From: an uncultured virus (IMG/VR IMGVR_UViG_3300005239_002421)
Lineage: Duplodnaviria; Heunggongvirae; Uroviricota; Caudoviricetes
Virus record (IMG/VR): IMGVR_UViG_3300005239_002421
DNA length: 20,469 nucleotides
Strand: one strand, 5' to 3'
Part shown: positions 6,384-14,578 of the stretch, piece after piece
How the letters are laid out: each line of letters begins with the position of its first letter
Position numbering within the stretch: position 1 is the stretch's first letter
Notes under the pieces: model-generated
Databases searched by the model: none
Told to the model about the DNA's origin: nothing
The model's input: the letters and a program-made list of their open reading frames with translations, nothing else
Translations under genes and position numbers: made by a program

Positions 6384-9092
6384 TCAGGAACTAAAAGAGA
6401 TGGTCTTTGTCTTAAAATTCATACACTTATAAACCTCNNNNNNNNNNNNNNNNNNNNNNNNNNNNNNNNNNNNNNNNNNNNNNNNNNNNNNNNNNNNNNN
6501 NNNNNNNNNNNNNNNNNNNNNNNNNNNNNNNNNNNNNNNNNNNNNNNNNNNNNNNNNNNNNNNNNNNNNNNNNNNNNNNNNNNNNNNNNNNNNNNNNNNN
6601 NNNNNNNNNNNNNNNNNNNNNNNNNNNNNNNNNNNNNNNNNNNNNNNNNNNNNNNNNNNNNNNNNNNNNNNNNNNNNNNNNNNNNNNNNNNNNNNNNNNN
6701 NNNNNNNNNNNNNNNNNNNNNNNNNNNNNNNNNNNNNNNNNNNNNNNNNNNNNNNNNNNNNNNNNNNNNNNNNNNNNNNNNNNNNNNNNNNNNNNNNNNN
6801 NNNNNNNNNNNNNNNNNNNNNNNNNNNNNNNNNNNNNNNNNNNNNNNNNNNNNNNNNNNNNNNNNNNNNNNNNNNNNNNNNNNNNNNNNNNNNNNNNNNN
6901 NNNNNNNNNNNNNNNNNNNNNNNNNNNNNNNNNNNNNNNNNNNNNNNNNNNNNNNNNNNNNNNNNNNNNNNNNNNNNNNNNNNNNNNNNNNNNNNNNNNN
7001 NNNNNNNNNNNNNNNNNNNNNNNNNNNNNNNNNNNNNNNNNNNNNNNNNNNNNNNNNNNNNNNNNNNNNNNNNNNNNNNNNNNNNNNNNNNNNNNNNNNN
7101 NNNNNNNNNNNNNNNNNNNNNNNNNNNNNNNNNNNNNNNNNNNNNNNNNNNNNNNNNNNNNNNNNNNNNNNNNTTTTCTGTCTGTTCAGCATCTACTTTA
7201 AGAGTATGTGTTTCAATTTCTCCTTCTTTATTTAAAAACTTTTCAAAAAAGTTATTTACTTCTAAAATTTGCTTTGTAAATAAATCGGAATCTATTTGAG
7301 TATCTCCTCTAAGATTTATCATTATTTGCTGATATATAAAAGGAATCATTTTATCTCCTACATTTGCTAATTGGTCATAATTTCCTGCTTGATTTTCGTT
7401 AGATGCTTGAATATATGATAATGCATTTAATGTCCAAGAAGTTAGCTTTGATGGGTTTCCATTAGTTTGAGCATAGCTATTTGACAACTCTAATTGAAGA
7501 TAATTGAAGTAATCCTTTTGATAATCTTTAAATGATAGTGCAATTTCGTTTCTCAATCTCATTACAGGACTTATATTTCCACCGCCTACTTTTGATGCTC
7601 CTGCTAATGATGCCCCAAAACTTTCCTCATCACTCTCAGTATATAATTCTTCAGCTAAACATAGCCATAATGCACCTAAACTTTCATAATAGTTTTTTAA
7701 TCCGGGGTCACTTTTATAATTTGACTTTCCTCCAAGATAATTATCTCTCCAAATCATTCCCCAAGCAGTATCATTAAAAACCTTGTCATCATTTGACAAA
7801 AGCCTTACTGCTGATGACATATCTCCTCTTGCCTTTCCTAATATTTTTTGAAAATATGAACTAAAGTTTTGATAAAAATAATTTCCACTTCTATCTCTTT
7901 GATTTAGCATTTTTGGTAAAAAGCTATATTGCCATTGTAAGTTAACTTCATCAAGAAAAGCTACTTTCTTTAGTAGCAATGATACATCCATATCATTAGG
8001 ACCAAATTTATCTACACAATCCATTACTTTGGTTGCATTTTTATCCGGTGGATATAATGCCATTGTGCTTCTCATAATTATTTGACAAAATCTTCTAAAT
8101 AGTGCTTCCTCAATATCTTTAGTGGCATTTGCTATTCCAACTATTCTACAATCCATTAAAGGCAATCCTTTAGATACTTGAGAACGAACTAAATCTGCCA
8201 TATTACGATAATCTCCATAATCAACATCTAATGGAATTGGCATTCCCTTTTTGTTGTTTATTTCTTTCATTGTCCAACTTTTCAATGTTCTTTCACGAAC
8301 AATATGTAACAATGGTGCATATTTTTCTTTTTCGTGTTCACTTACCTTATCTAACTCATCAAGTATTAACCAATAATTACCATAACCTAAAATAGTACAC
8401 AAATACATACATAAGTCCCGTATATCATCTCTTCCTGCTTCTAACGCATCTAAAGTGTACTCGTATGCAGTTTCTGCCTGTACTGCCGTTTCAGGACTTC
8501 TTTTGAACACAAATTCTTTTGAATTTAATATTTCACGAGTAGTAGCATCTGATAAATTGTTTCTTCCACTATCTACCAACTGAACACTAACCTCTTGTTC
8601 GCCTTCAGGATAATCTAATTCCATCAATGCTATTAATATTTGATGAAGTATTTTGTATGAATAAGAAAATTTTGTTTGAGGCTTATCATAAACCTTTATG
8701 TAGTTGTCAAAAATTGTTTGACCATTTGCTACTTGCGTAGAAATTGTACTACTATTTGGGAACCAATAAGGTTTTAAGAATTTTAAAATATCTTCTCCTG
8801 TTCTTAGTTTTTTTCCCTCACTATCTCTTTCTGTATCGTAATCTTTACTAATTAATTTTGCTAATCCTTCTATGTTTTCAGGCTTTTCTGAACCAATGTA
8901 AAGCATAGATGAAGGAAGCCTCCATTTTTCTGTAATTTGTAATAAAGTATAAGACTTACCAATTGATGATTTTCCTACAATTAAAACAGGTATATCATAT
9001 CTTACGAGTTGTAAAATAGTTTTTAGTGTTTCGGTTCCTATTTTATCTTTTTCAATTCTTAAATTTTGTATTTCTTTATTGTCCCGTGCCAT
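6384..9092 (-). CDS. Large MoxR/AAA_5-type AAA+ ATPase (C-terminal end uncertain, spans N-gap)
   Basis: Walker A GKSSIGKS (aa 40-47), KPYWFP, Walker B WLILDE (aa 241-246), sensor-1 RIVGIAN and Arg-finger EEALFRRF. A vWA gene lies downstream. Confidence 0.8.
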   Translation of the reverse strand: MARDNKEIQNLRIEKDKIGTETLKTILQLVRYDIPVLIVGKSSIGKSYTLLQITEKWRLPSSMLYIGSEKPENIEGLAKLISKDYDTERDSEGKKLRTGEDILKFLKPYWFPNSSTISTQVANGQTIFDNYIKVYDKPQTKFSYSYKILHQILIALMELDYPEGEQEVSVQLVDSGRNNLSDATTREILNSKEFVFKRSPETAVQAETAYEYTLDALEAGRDDIRDLCMYLCTILGYGNYWLILDELDKVSEHEKEKYAPLLHIVRERTLKSWTMKEINNKKGMPIPLDVDYGDYRNMADLVRSQVSKGLPLMDCRIVGIANATKDIEEALFRRFCQIIMRSTMALYPPDKNATKVMDCVDKFGPNDMDVSLLLKKVAFLDEVNLQWQYSFLPKMLNQRDRSGNYFYQNFSSYFQKILGKARGDMSSAVRLLSNDDKVFNDTAWGMIWRDNYLGGKSNYKSDPGLKNYYESLGALWLCLAEELYTESDEESFGASLAGASKVGGGNISPVMRLRNEIALSFKDYQKDYFNYLQLELSNSYAQTNGNPSKLTSWTLNALSYIQASNENQAGNYDQLANVGDKMIPFIYQQIMINLRGDTQIDSDLFTKQILEVNNFFEKFLNKEGEIETHTLKVDAEQTEXXXXXXXXXXXXXXXXXXXXXXXXXXXXXXXXXXXXXXXXXXXXXXXXXXXXXXXXXXXXXXXXXXXXXXXXXXXXXXXXXXXXXXXXXXXXXXXXXXXXXXXXXXXXXXXXXXXXXXXXXXXXXXXXXXXXXXXXXXXXXXXXXXXXXXXXXXXXXXXXXXXXXXXXXXXXXXXXXXXXXXXXXXXXXXXXXXXXXXXXXXXXXXXXXXXXXXXXXXXXXXXXXXXXXXXXXXXXXXXXXXXXXXEVYKCMNFKTKTISFSS
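6438..7173. other. Assembly gap (N run)
   Basis: 736 Ns. Confidence 0.99.
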
Positions 9093-9095
9093 AAT

Positions 9096-9683
9096 TTATT
9101 TTCTTATTATTAATTTTTCACAACTATCATTCAATTCACTTATTTCAAGCATTGATGCCATACATTCATCATCTAAGCACTCTATATTTATAATAGCCCC
9201 ATCCTTTTTTGATGAATCAATTACTGCTTGAGTGTAATATTTGTATGTATGAGTATTGGAAAAATCTTTATCTAACTTAAATTTATCTATATTTAATAAA
9301 TTAGAATTTTTGTAATTGGGTTTTGTATTTAATTGACCTATTTTTTTGTTTTCACCGCCATCATTAACATAAAAGTCATATTGCCCACAAGATTTTGCAT
9401 ATCTGTCGCAAACTTGAGGCTCATACATCATTCCGCCTTTTCTAAACATTGTTATTTTGGCTCCTTTGTCAAAACTTACTCCATTTCCATCAATTTCGTT
9501 TATTGCTGATGCAATTTCCCTTGGTGTTCCTTCAACTTTGAATTTTCTGTCATCAGCCATAGATTTCTTGTTGATTATGGCTTCTCCACCCTCAACTTCT
9601 ATTTTTGACCCGTAGACTTTACTGTCATTGGTATTCCACCATCTGCGTGTGATGGTCTTCTGTAAACCTCGTTTTGCTCTCAT
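9096..9683 (-). CDS. GPSHxxGGI...EVEGGE motif phage protein, possible degenerate GNAT-like C-terminal domain
   Basis: IEVEGGEAIINKKSM is in frame. PSHADGGIPMTVKSTGQK is hidden in a shifted frame at about 9605-9658, implying compensating frameshifts. Confidence 0.65.
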   Translation of the reverse strand: MRAKRGLQKTITRRWWNTNDSKVYGSKIEVEGGEAIINKKSMADDRKFKVEGTPREIASAINEIDGNGVSFDKGAKITMFRKGGMMYEPQVCDRYAKSCGQYDFYVNDGGENKKIGQLNTKPNYKNSNLLNIDKFKLDKDFSNTHTYKYYTQAVIDSSKKDGAIINIECLDDECMASMLEISELNDSCEKLIIRK

Positions 9684-9690
9684 ATTAAGA

Positions 9691-9698
9691 CAAAAATA
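9691..9698 (-). promoter_or_regulatory. Bacteroidota-type -7 promoter box (TATTTTTG) heading the left operon
   Basis: Matches TAnnTTTG and lies 7 nt upstream of ATG 9683 in the divergent intergenic gap. Confidence 0.5.
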
Positions 9699-9785
9699 TG
9701 AAATTTATTCGTATATTTACCCCGGAATTAAAACAAGTTTTTTAGTGAATTTAGGAAAACTTGAAAAATAAAAAAATATATTTTT

Positions 9786-10007
9786 ATGAAAAATGGCAAA
9801 GTTTTACCCTCACAATTTACTACAGATAAAGGAGAAATATCTCCAATAAGCATCGCATTTTTTGGACTAACCCTTGCGGTTATATTTTACCAACTTACCT
9901 TCTATAGAAAGTGGTTAAAGTCGATTGACCATAGTAAAGATTTGGAAGATAGAGTGGCTAAATTAGAGAAGCAAAAGCAAGAAAATAATGTAACTATTGT
10001 TTCTTAA
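9786..10007 (+). CDS. Small single-TM membrane protein with C-terminal coiled coil
   Basis: Fills a gap not covered by minus-strand genes. Hydrophobic ISIAFFGLTLAVIFYQL is followed by DLEDRVAKLEKQKQE. Confidence 0.65.
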   Translation: MKNGKVLPSQFTTDKGEISPISIAFFGLTLAVIFYQLTFYRKWLKSIDHSKDLEDRVAKLEKQKQENNVTIVS

Positions 10008-10230
10008 TATTTTTCAACTTTTCAGATAAAAATAAGTAGCCAAAAACCAAAATAATTACTGAAGAATATATACACAAAGCCACTAAATTATATAAAAAAA
10101 ATATACCACAAAGGGGTATAAATATCCACGGATTCTTAATAACACTAGGCTTAACGCAAAATATTTGAGGAAATAATATTTTCTTAATTGTTATTTTAGA
10201 TAATAATATTTTTAGCTTTTTAATCAACAT
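9994..10230 (-). CDS. Small membrane protein (2 TM)
   Basis: Long hydrophobic stretch. The ATG overlaps the glycosyltransferase stop. Confidence 0.55.
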   Translation of the reverse strand: MLIKKLKILLSKITIKKILFPQIFCVKPSVIKNPWIFIPLCGIFFLYNLVALCIYSSVIILVFGYLFLSEKLKNIKKQ

Positions 10231-11044
10231 TATTGCTTGTTTTTATAAGTTCAATTTGTAAAAAACCATTAACCCACATTACAGTTGCCTTATCTCCGGG
10301 CTTATAATTATTAAAATCCTTAACTATCCTTTCAATACTATTTTCTGATTTTGGCACCTGATTAAAGGATGTATTATTCAACTTTCTTCTTAAACTTTCT
10401 TCGTTCTTTCTTATGTATGAATAATGATGCATTTTTATATCCCTTCTATTAAAAATATGAAAATCTTTGCAATCAATGGTTCTAGTAGGGTCTAGTATTA
10501 AAGGAGTTAAGCCTACACCATAGTTTCTCTCATCACATTTAACTATAAAAGACATATATCCTAAGTTCATAGTTCTTTGCTTGGTTTCTTTCATAAAATT
10601 TTTCTGAGAAATAATCAGATTTCTTTTTTTGTAGTAATTATCATAAGAAACATAGGTTGTATCATAATCATTTTCAATTACTTGATTTTTAGCCCATTTA
10701 AATTCATCAGGGACAAAAATTTCATCACAATCCATAGTTATATGATGTGAGCAATTTGCCACTTTAACACAAATATCTCTTCCAATATTTCTTTTTATTA
10801 CTTCATTTAACTCTCCCTTGTGCCTTCCCTGTATTTCCTTTGGATTATAGAGGTATAAATAGTCTATTAAGCCTCTGCTCTTCAAATCATAGAGAAAGGG
10901 CTCTAAATCCTCCCTAAACTCTCCAAAATTAGATGTATTCTGATATACAATACATATAAAATCTACACTATCTCTAATTTTAGTAATTGACTCCTCTAAA
11001 AGTTCTTCTCCATCAAAAACATTATAACTTACTCCTAACCTCAT
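10220..11044 (-). CDS. Glycosyltransferase (GT-A/GT2-like)
   Basis: N-terminal LGVSYNVFDGEELLEESI, DxD motif ITMDCDE and late MHHYSY. Confidence 0.75.
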   Translation of the reverse strand: MRLGVSYNVFDGEELLEESITKIRDSVDFICIVYQNTSNFGEFREDLEPFLYDLKSRGLIDYLYLYNPKEIQGRHKGELNEVIKRNIGRDICVKVANCSHHITMDCDEIFVPDEFKWAKNQVIENDYDTTYVSYDNYYKKRNLIISQKNFMKETKQRTMNLGYMSFIVKCDERNYGVGLTPLILDPTRTIDCKDFHIFNRRDIKMHHYSYIRKNEESLRRKLNNTSFNQVPKSENSIERIVKDFNNYKPGDKATVMWVNGFLQIELIKTSNNVD

Positions 11045-11045
11045 T

Positions 11046-11450
11046 TTATTGCCTATTTGGATTATCTAAAATTGAATTTTTTACATTATGTTGAGTAACA
11101 ACTTCTCCGGTATCTTCTATGTAATATTTATGTTTCTCTTCCATCCCATACTCATTTGTTATTTTCTTTATAGGAAATCCTTTTCGTTTTACTAATATTA
11201 TCTTTTCTGCAATTATATCTGTAAAATATCTAGTTGTGTTGTCTTTACCTAATCTAGGGTTACTTCTTATTCTAAACCATATTTTTACAAAGTCATCAGC
11301 TTTATATTCTTTTTTAACAACATCGGAAAAATGATAGTAAAATAGTATTGATATAAAATATTGCTTTTTGTTTCTGCTCTTGACTAATACAATATTTGTT
11401 ATATCCTTAGTTATTTGATTTAAAGAATGTATTTTACCCGATACTATCAT
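11046..11450 (-). CDS. OB-fold SSB-like protein (DUF3127/SSB-like)
   Basis: MIVSGKI...DDFVKIWFRIRS...RYFTDIIAEKI follows the SSB beta-strand pattern. Confidence 0.5.
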   Translation of the reverse strand: MIVSGKIHSLNQITKDITNIVLVKSRNKKQYFISILFYYHFSDVVKKEYKADDFVKIWFRIRSNPRLGKDNTTRYFTDIIAEKIILVKRKGFPIKKITNEYGMEEKHKYYIEDTGEVVTQHNVKNSILDNPNRQ

Positions 11451-11451
11451 A

Positions 11452-12153
11452 TTATCTTTTCATAATTTCATCTAATTCCAAATGTGGACATTCATAATGC
11501 TTATTTAATTTATCAATAAAAGAAGTTTCTTTTCCGCAAATTTCACATTGATTTTGAGGGATTAATTTTACATACAATGACAATATGGTTTCTATATCAG
11601 ATTTGTTTATTAGCATACCATCATCGCTTTCTGTGATAAATTCTCTCATAGGAACTTCAAGAGAATCCATTACAAATTTATTAAAATAGGCTATTGGACA
11701 TATTTTATCTTTTTTTATTTGTGCCTTATCATTGCTTATAGCCCAAAATATTCGCCACAATTCTTTTTTTTCATCTGCTAATTGCTCAAACCTCTCCCNN
11801 NNNNNNNNNNNNNNNNNNNNNNNNNNNNNNNNNNNNNNNNNNNNNNNNNNNNNNNNNNNNNNNNNNNNNNNNNNNNNNNNNNNNNNNNNNNNNNNNNNNN
11901 NNNNNNNNNNNNNNNNNNNNNNNNNNNNNNNNNNNNNNNNNNNNNNNNNNNNNNNNNNNNNNNNNNNNNNNNNNNNNNNNNNNNNNNNNNNNNNNNNNNN
12001 NNNNNNNNNNNNNNNNNNNNNNNNNNNNNNNNNNNNNNNNNNNNNNNNNNNNNNNNNNNNNNNNNNNNNNNNNNNNNNNNNNNNNNNNNNNNNNNNNNNN
12101 NNNNNNNNNNNNNNCTCTTTATTTATTATTACTGTTAACCTCGATTCACTCAT
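11452..12153 (-). CDS. Hypothetical protein (spans N-gap); C-terminal CxxC...HxxC possible Zn site
   Basis: Open on both sides of the gap, with CEICG...HYECPH near the end. Confidence 0.55.
   Translation of the reverse strand: MSESRLTVIINKEXXXXXXXXXXXXXXXXXXXXXXXXXXXXXXXXXXXXXXXXXXXXXXXXXXXXXXXXXXXXXXXXXXXXXXXXXXXXXXXXXXXXXXXXXXXXXXXXXXXXXXXXXXERFEQLADEKKELWRIFWAISNDKAQIKKDKICPIAYFNKFVMDSLEVPMREFITESDDGMLINKSDIETILSLYVKLIPQNQCEICGKETSFIDKLNKHYECPHLELDEIMKR
11799..12114. other. Assembly gap (N run)
   Basis: 316 Ns. Confidence 0.99.
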
Positions 12154-13000
12154 TATTCATTTTTTTAGTTATCTCTTCTTCCAAAGATAAATTATTTTCT
12201 AAAATAAATTCATAATAATGAAACAAACCTAAATTCTTACATATTCTAATTACTTTATCCTGTTTTCCGGAAGCATCATTTAATATATCTTCAATCTGAT
12301 TAGCAAACTCATTTTTTAAGTGCTTCTGTTTTTCATTTAGTTTCTTTTCTCGTATATCTTCAACCGCCATTTTTCTAGCCTGTTCTAAGATAATTGCTTT
12401 CGTTTCTTTATCAATATCAATTACTCCTAGTTTAGACAGAAAATCATATGCTATATATCCAAAATGGTTATATTTTGGCTCTTCTTTAAAATTATCAAAA
12501 CCTTCTAATATGTTTTCAACAAGCATTTTTATTTTTTCTTCCTCATTTGGCTCTGCCGCTTTTCTTTCCAAGGCAGCAATTTCATTTCTATAATCAATAA
12601 TGTATTTCCCATTAAATCGCTTGTAAGCATTTATAATTTTAGATATATATATAACACTAAAAGATTGATAATGGTCTGCCTCGATGTCTAACTTACCTGC
12701 CGTAGCCAAACTAAAAGCATTATCTATCTCCATTAATGAGAAACGATAGAAGTGTTCTGCTATATATTCTACAAGCATTCTAATTTCATCATCAACAGGT
12801 AAGGGCTTAACACCTGTTAGTACCGCCCACTTGACAATTAATTTGTGAAGTTTTTGAAATTGCTCATTTTTATCTTCAGCATCAAAAAATGTTGCTATTT
12901 TTCTGTCAAAATAAGCCTGTACTATTTTTTTATTTTCGGGTGTCCAATCCTGTATAATCTGTGGTTGAAGCCCCTTTGACTGCGTTACTAATTTGTTCAT
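12146..13000 (-). CDS. Phage protein, possibly replication-associated (helicase-loader position)
   Basis: 284-aa ORF with LMEIDNAFSLATAGKL..HYQSFSVIYISKIINAY. The function is inferred from gene context only. Confidence 0.5.
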   Translation of the reverse strand: MNKLVTQSKGLQPQIIQDWTPENKKIVQAYFDRKIATFFDAEDKNEQFQKLHKLIVKWAVLTGVKPLPVDDEIRMLVEYIAEHFYRFSLMEIDNAFSLATAGKLDIEADHYQSFSVIYISKIINAYKRFNGKYIIDYRNEIAALERKAAEPNEEEKIKMLVENILEGFDNFKEEPKYNHFGYIAYDFLSKLGVIDIDKETKAIILEQARKMAVEDIREKKLNEKQKHLKNEFANQIEDILNDASGKQDKVIRICKNLGLFHYYEFILENNLSLEEEITKKMNNE

Positions 13001-13421
13001 ATCTCTGTTTTTGTTTTTTATTAATTGGTTGCTCTTTTAATTTCATTAAAATATTTGATAAACTTGAGTTTATATCAGATAGCTTTACTCTATTACGATT
13101 ATAATCATCTAACTTATTCCAATTGTTAAGAATATATTCCCAACTCAAAAGCACATTTTCATCTAACTCTACATCACTTAAATCTGAATTCTTCTTTTTA
13201 CATTGTTTTTTCAAAAATTGAATAATAGATTTCATTGCTTTTCCCTGCATACCATCCATCTTACTTCCAACACCGGTATGTATCGTGCAAAAACCATCGT
13301 ATTTGTCTACCATTTTAGCATATAGAGTATTGGTCTTTGGCTTTGCTCTTTTAGAAACCACTTTGGGTTCACTTTTAGACCGTTTAGGAACCACTTTGGG
13401 TTCACTAACAACATCTAACAA
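12930..13421 (-). CDS. Phage protein, possible replication-initiator C-terminal part (start lies in or near the N-gap)
   Basis: Open frame running into the gap, with a repeated SEPKVV(P/S)KR linker followed by a helical domain. Confidence 0.5.
   Translation of the reverse strand: MLDVVSEPKVVPKRSKSEPKVVSKRAKPKTNTLYAKMVDKYDGFCTIHTGVGSKMDGMQGKAMKSIIQFLKKQCKKKNSDLSDVELDENVLLSWEYILNNWNKLDDYNRNRVKLSDINSSLSNILMKLKEQPINKKQKQRYEQISNAVKGASTTDYTGLDTRK
13350..13406. repeat. 24-nt direct repeat x2 (1 mismatch), 33-nt period
   Basis: tttag(a/g)aaccactttgggttcact at 13350-13373 and 13383-13406. Confidence 0.85.
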
Positions 13422-13457
13422 NNNNNNNNNNNNNNNNNNNNNNNNNNNNNNNNNNNN
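13422..13457. other. Assembly gap (N run)
   Basis: 36 Ns. Confidence 0.99.
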
Positions 13458-13473
13458 TCAAGGGTTGGTGTGT

Positions 13474-13845
13474 TTAGATAAGTTTATCTTGTTCTTCAAG
13501 CGAAGATTCATCTGTAAAAACATTCGATAAAGGCTCGTTTTTATGCTTTTCAAGAATTTCATCTTGCCAAGAAGTATCAGTTCTTTTTTCAAGACCTTTT
13601 AGATACTCCGGCTTTAATAGTTGCAAATCTAAACTATCAGACTCAACTATAGATTGCGGCTTTACCTTCAAGACATTGCATATTTTGACCAATGTGATAA
13701 TATGATAATTTAACTTTTTACCGTTAACTATCTCACTTAATGCATATTGACCGATAGGAGTTTCATAAATCTTTGCTATTTTATCATAAAGTTTCTTTTG
13801 TGATATATTTCTTTTCTTTAATAGCTTCTTTAATTTAGTTTCCAT
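13474..13845 (-). CDS. Cro/C1 (XRE)-type HTH transcriptional regulator
   Basis: KLKKLLKKRNISQKKL...LSEIVNGKKLNYHIITLVKICNVLKVKPQSIV. Confidence 0.8.
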   Translation of the reverse strand: METKLKKLLKKRNISQKKLYDKIAKIYETPIGQYALSEIVNGKKLNYHIITLVKICNVLKVKPQSIVESDSLDLQLLKPEYLKGLEKRTDTSWQDEILEKHKNEPLSNVFTDESSLEEQDKLI

Positions 13846-13846
13846 A

Positions 13847-14212
13847 TTATTTACTTTTATTTTTATCTGATTTTATGTTTTCAAATGTGAATAATTTGTC
13901 ATCCTCTCCTTTATTGTGAGATTCTAACATTTTCTTTTGTTTCTCTTCAAATTCCTCTTTAGTAAGTTTTCTTTCTACTTTTTTATATTCTTTAGATTTC
14001 TCTTCTAAGACATTATGGTCTATTTTTTCTAGTGTTTCCAATACAAATGTCATATACTCAGTTTGTATAGCATATAGCTTACCCTCTTTGTTCCTGAAGG
14101 GAAATGTCTTGCTTTTGGCTTTTATAGCTTTATTGTAAACATTTATTAATTCCTCATAATTATCTTCCGTAATATTAAGACCTATTTTAAGTTCAAATTC
14201 TCTTTTCTTCAT
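13847..14212 (-). CDS. Hypothetical phage protein; N-half paralogous to 15668..15838
   Basis: ORF downstream of a TATATTTG box; contains TEDNYEELINVYNKA...KTFPF. Confidence 0.75.
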   Translation of the reverse strand: MKKREFELKIGLNITEDNYEELINVYNKAIKAKSKTFPFRNKEGKLYAIQTEYMTFVLETLEKIDHNVLEEKSKEYKKVERKLTKEEFEEKQKKMLESHNKGEDDKLFTFENIKSDKNKSK

Positions 14213-14234
14213 TTTTGTTTTTTTATTGATTTTA

Positions 14235-14242
14235 CAAATATA
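14235..14242 (-). promoter_or_regulatory. Bacteroidota-type -7 promoter box (TATATTTG)
   Basis: Exact TAnnTTTG match in a 54-nt intergenic gap, 22 nt upstream of ATG 14212. Confidence 0.65.
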
Positions 14243-14266
14243 ACATTTATTTTTAAAAATAATATT

Positions 14267-14578
14267 TTATTCTTGTTTGATTCGTTCTAATTCACTTTTA
14301 AATACTAATTCTCCCAATTCAATATTGGAACCTGTTTTAATTTTACCGTAATATACCGGTTCGGTTAAATTGAATATATCATCTGATACCTGTCTTAGCA
14401 TAAATGCTAGAACTGCCGGTACATATTGTCTATTTCTCCATTTATCTCCAAATACCTCATAATCTCTTCTTAAAAGATGAATTTTAGGATTTTCATCTCC
14501 ATATTTATCTTTAAAATATTGACTTTTTGTTTTAATTCTGTAAACACCTTCTTTTTGAATTTTTAATTTATTTTTCAT
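14267..14578 (-). CDS. Hypothetical phage protein (103 aa)
   Basis: Packed ORF containing VYYGKIK..IELGELVF. Confidence 0.75.
   Translation of the reverse strand: MKNKLKIQKEGVYRIKTKSQYFKDKYGDENPKIHLLRRDYEVFGDKWRNRQYVPAVLAFMLRQVSDDIFNLTEPVYYGKIKTGSNIELGELVFKSELERIKQE

Noticed and set aside
6419..7192. 257-aa ORF
   Set aside because: It is almost entirely Ns.
8375..8760. Intein inside the AAA+ ATPase
   Set aside because: There is no N-terminal Cys/Ser block, no HN-C/S/T end and no LAGLIDADG motif.
13350..13406. Direct repeats as a mini CRISPR array
   Set aside because: There are only two copies with a 9-nt spacer, in frame within a coding region, and no cas genes.
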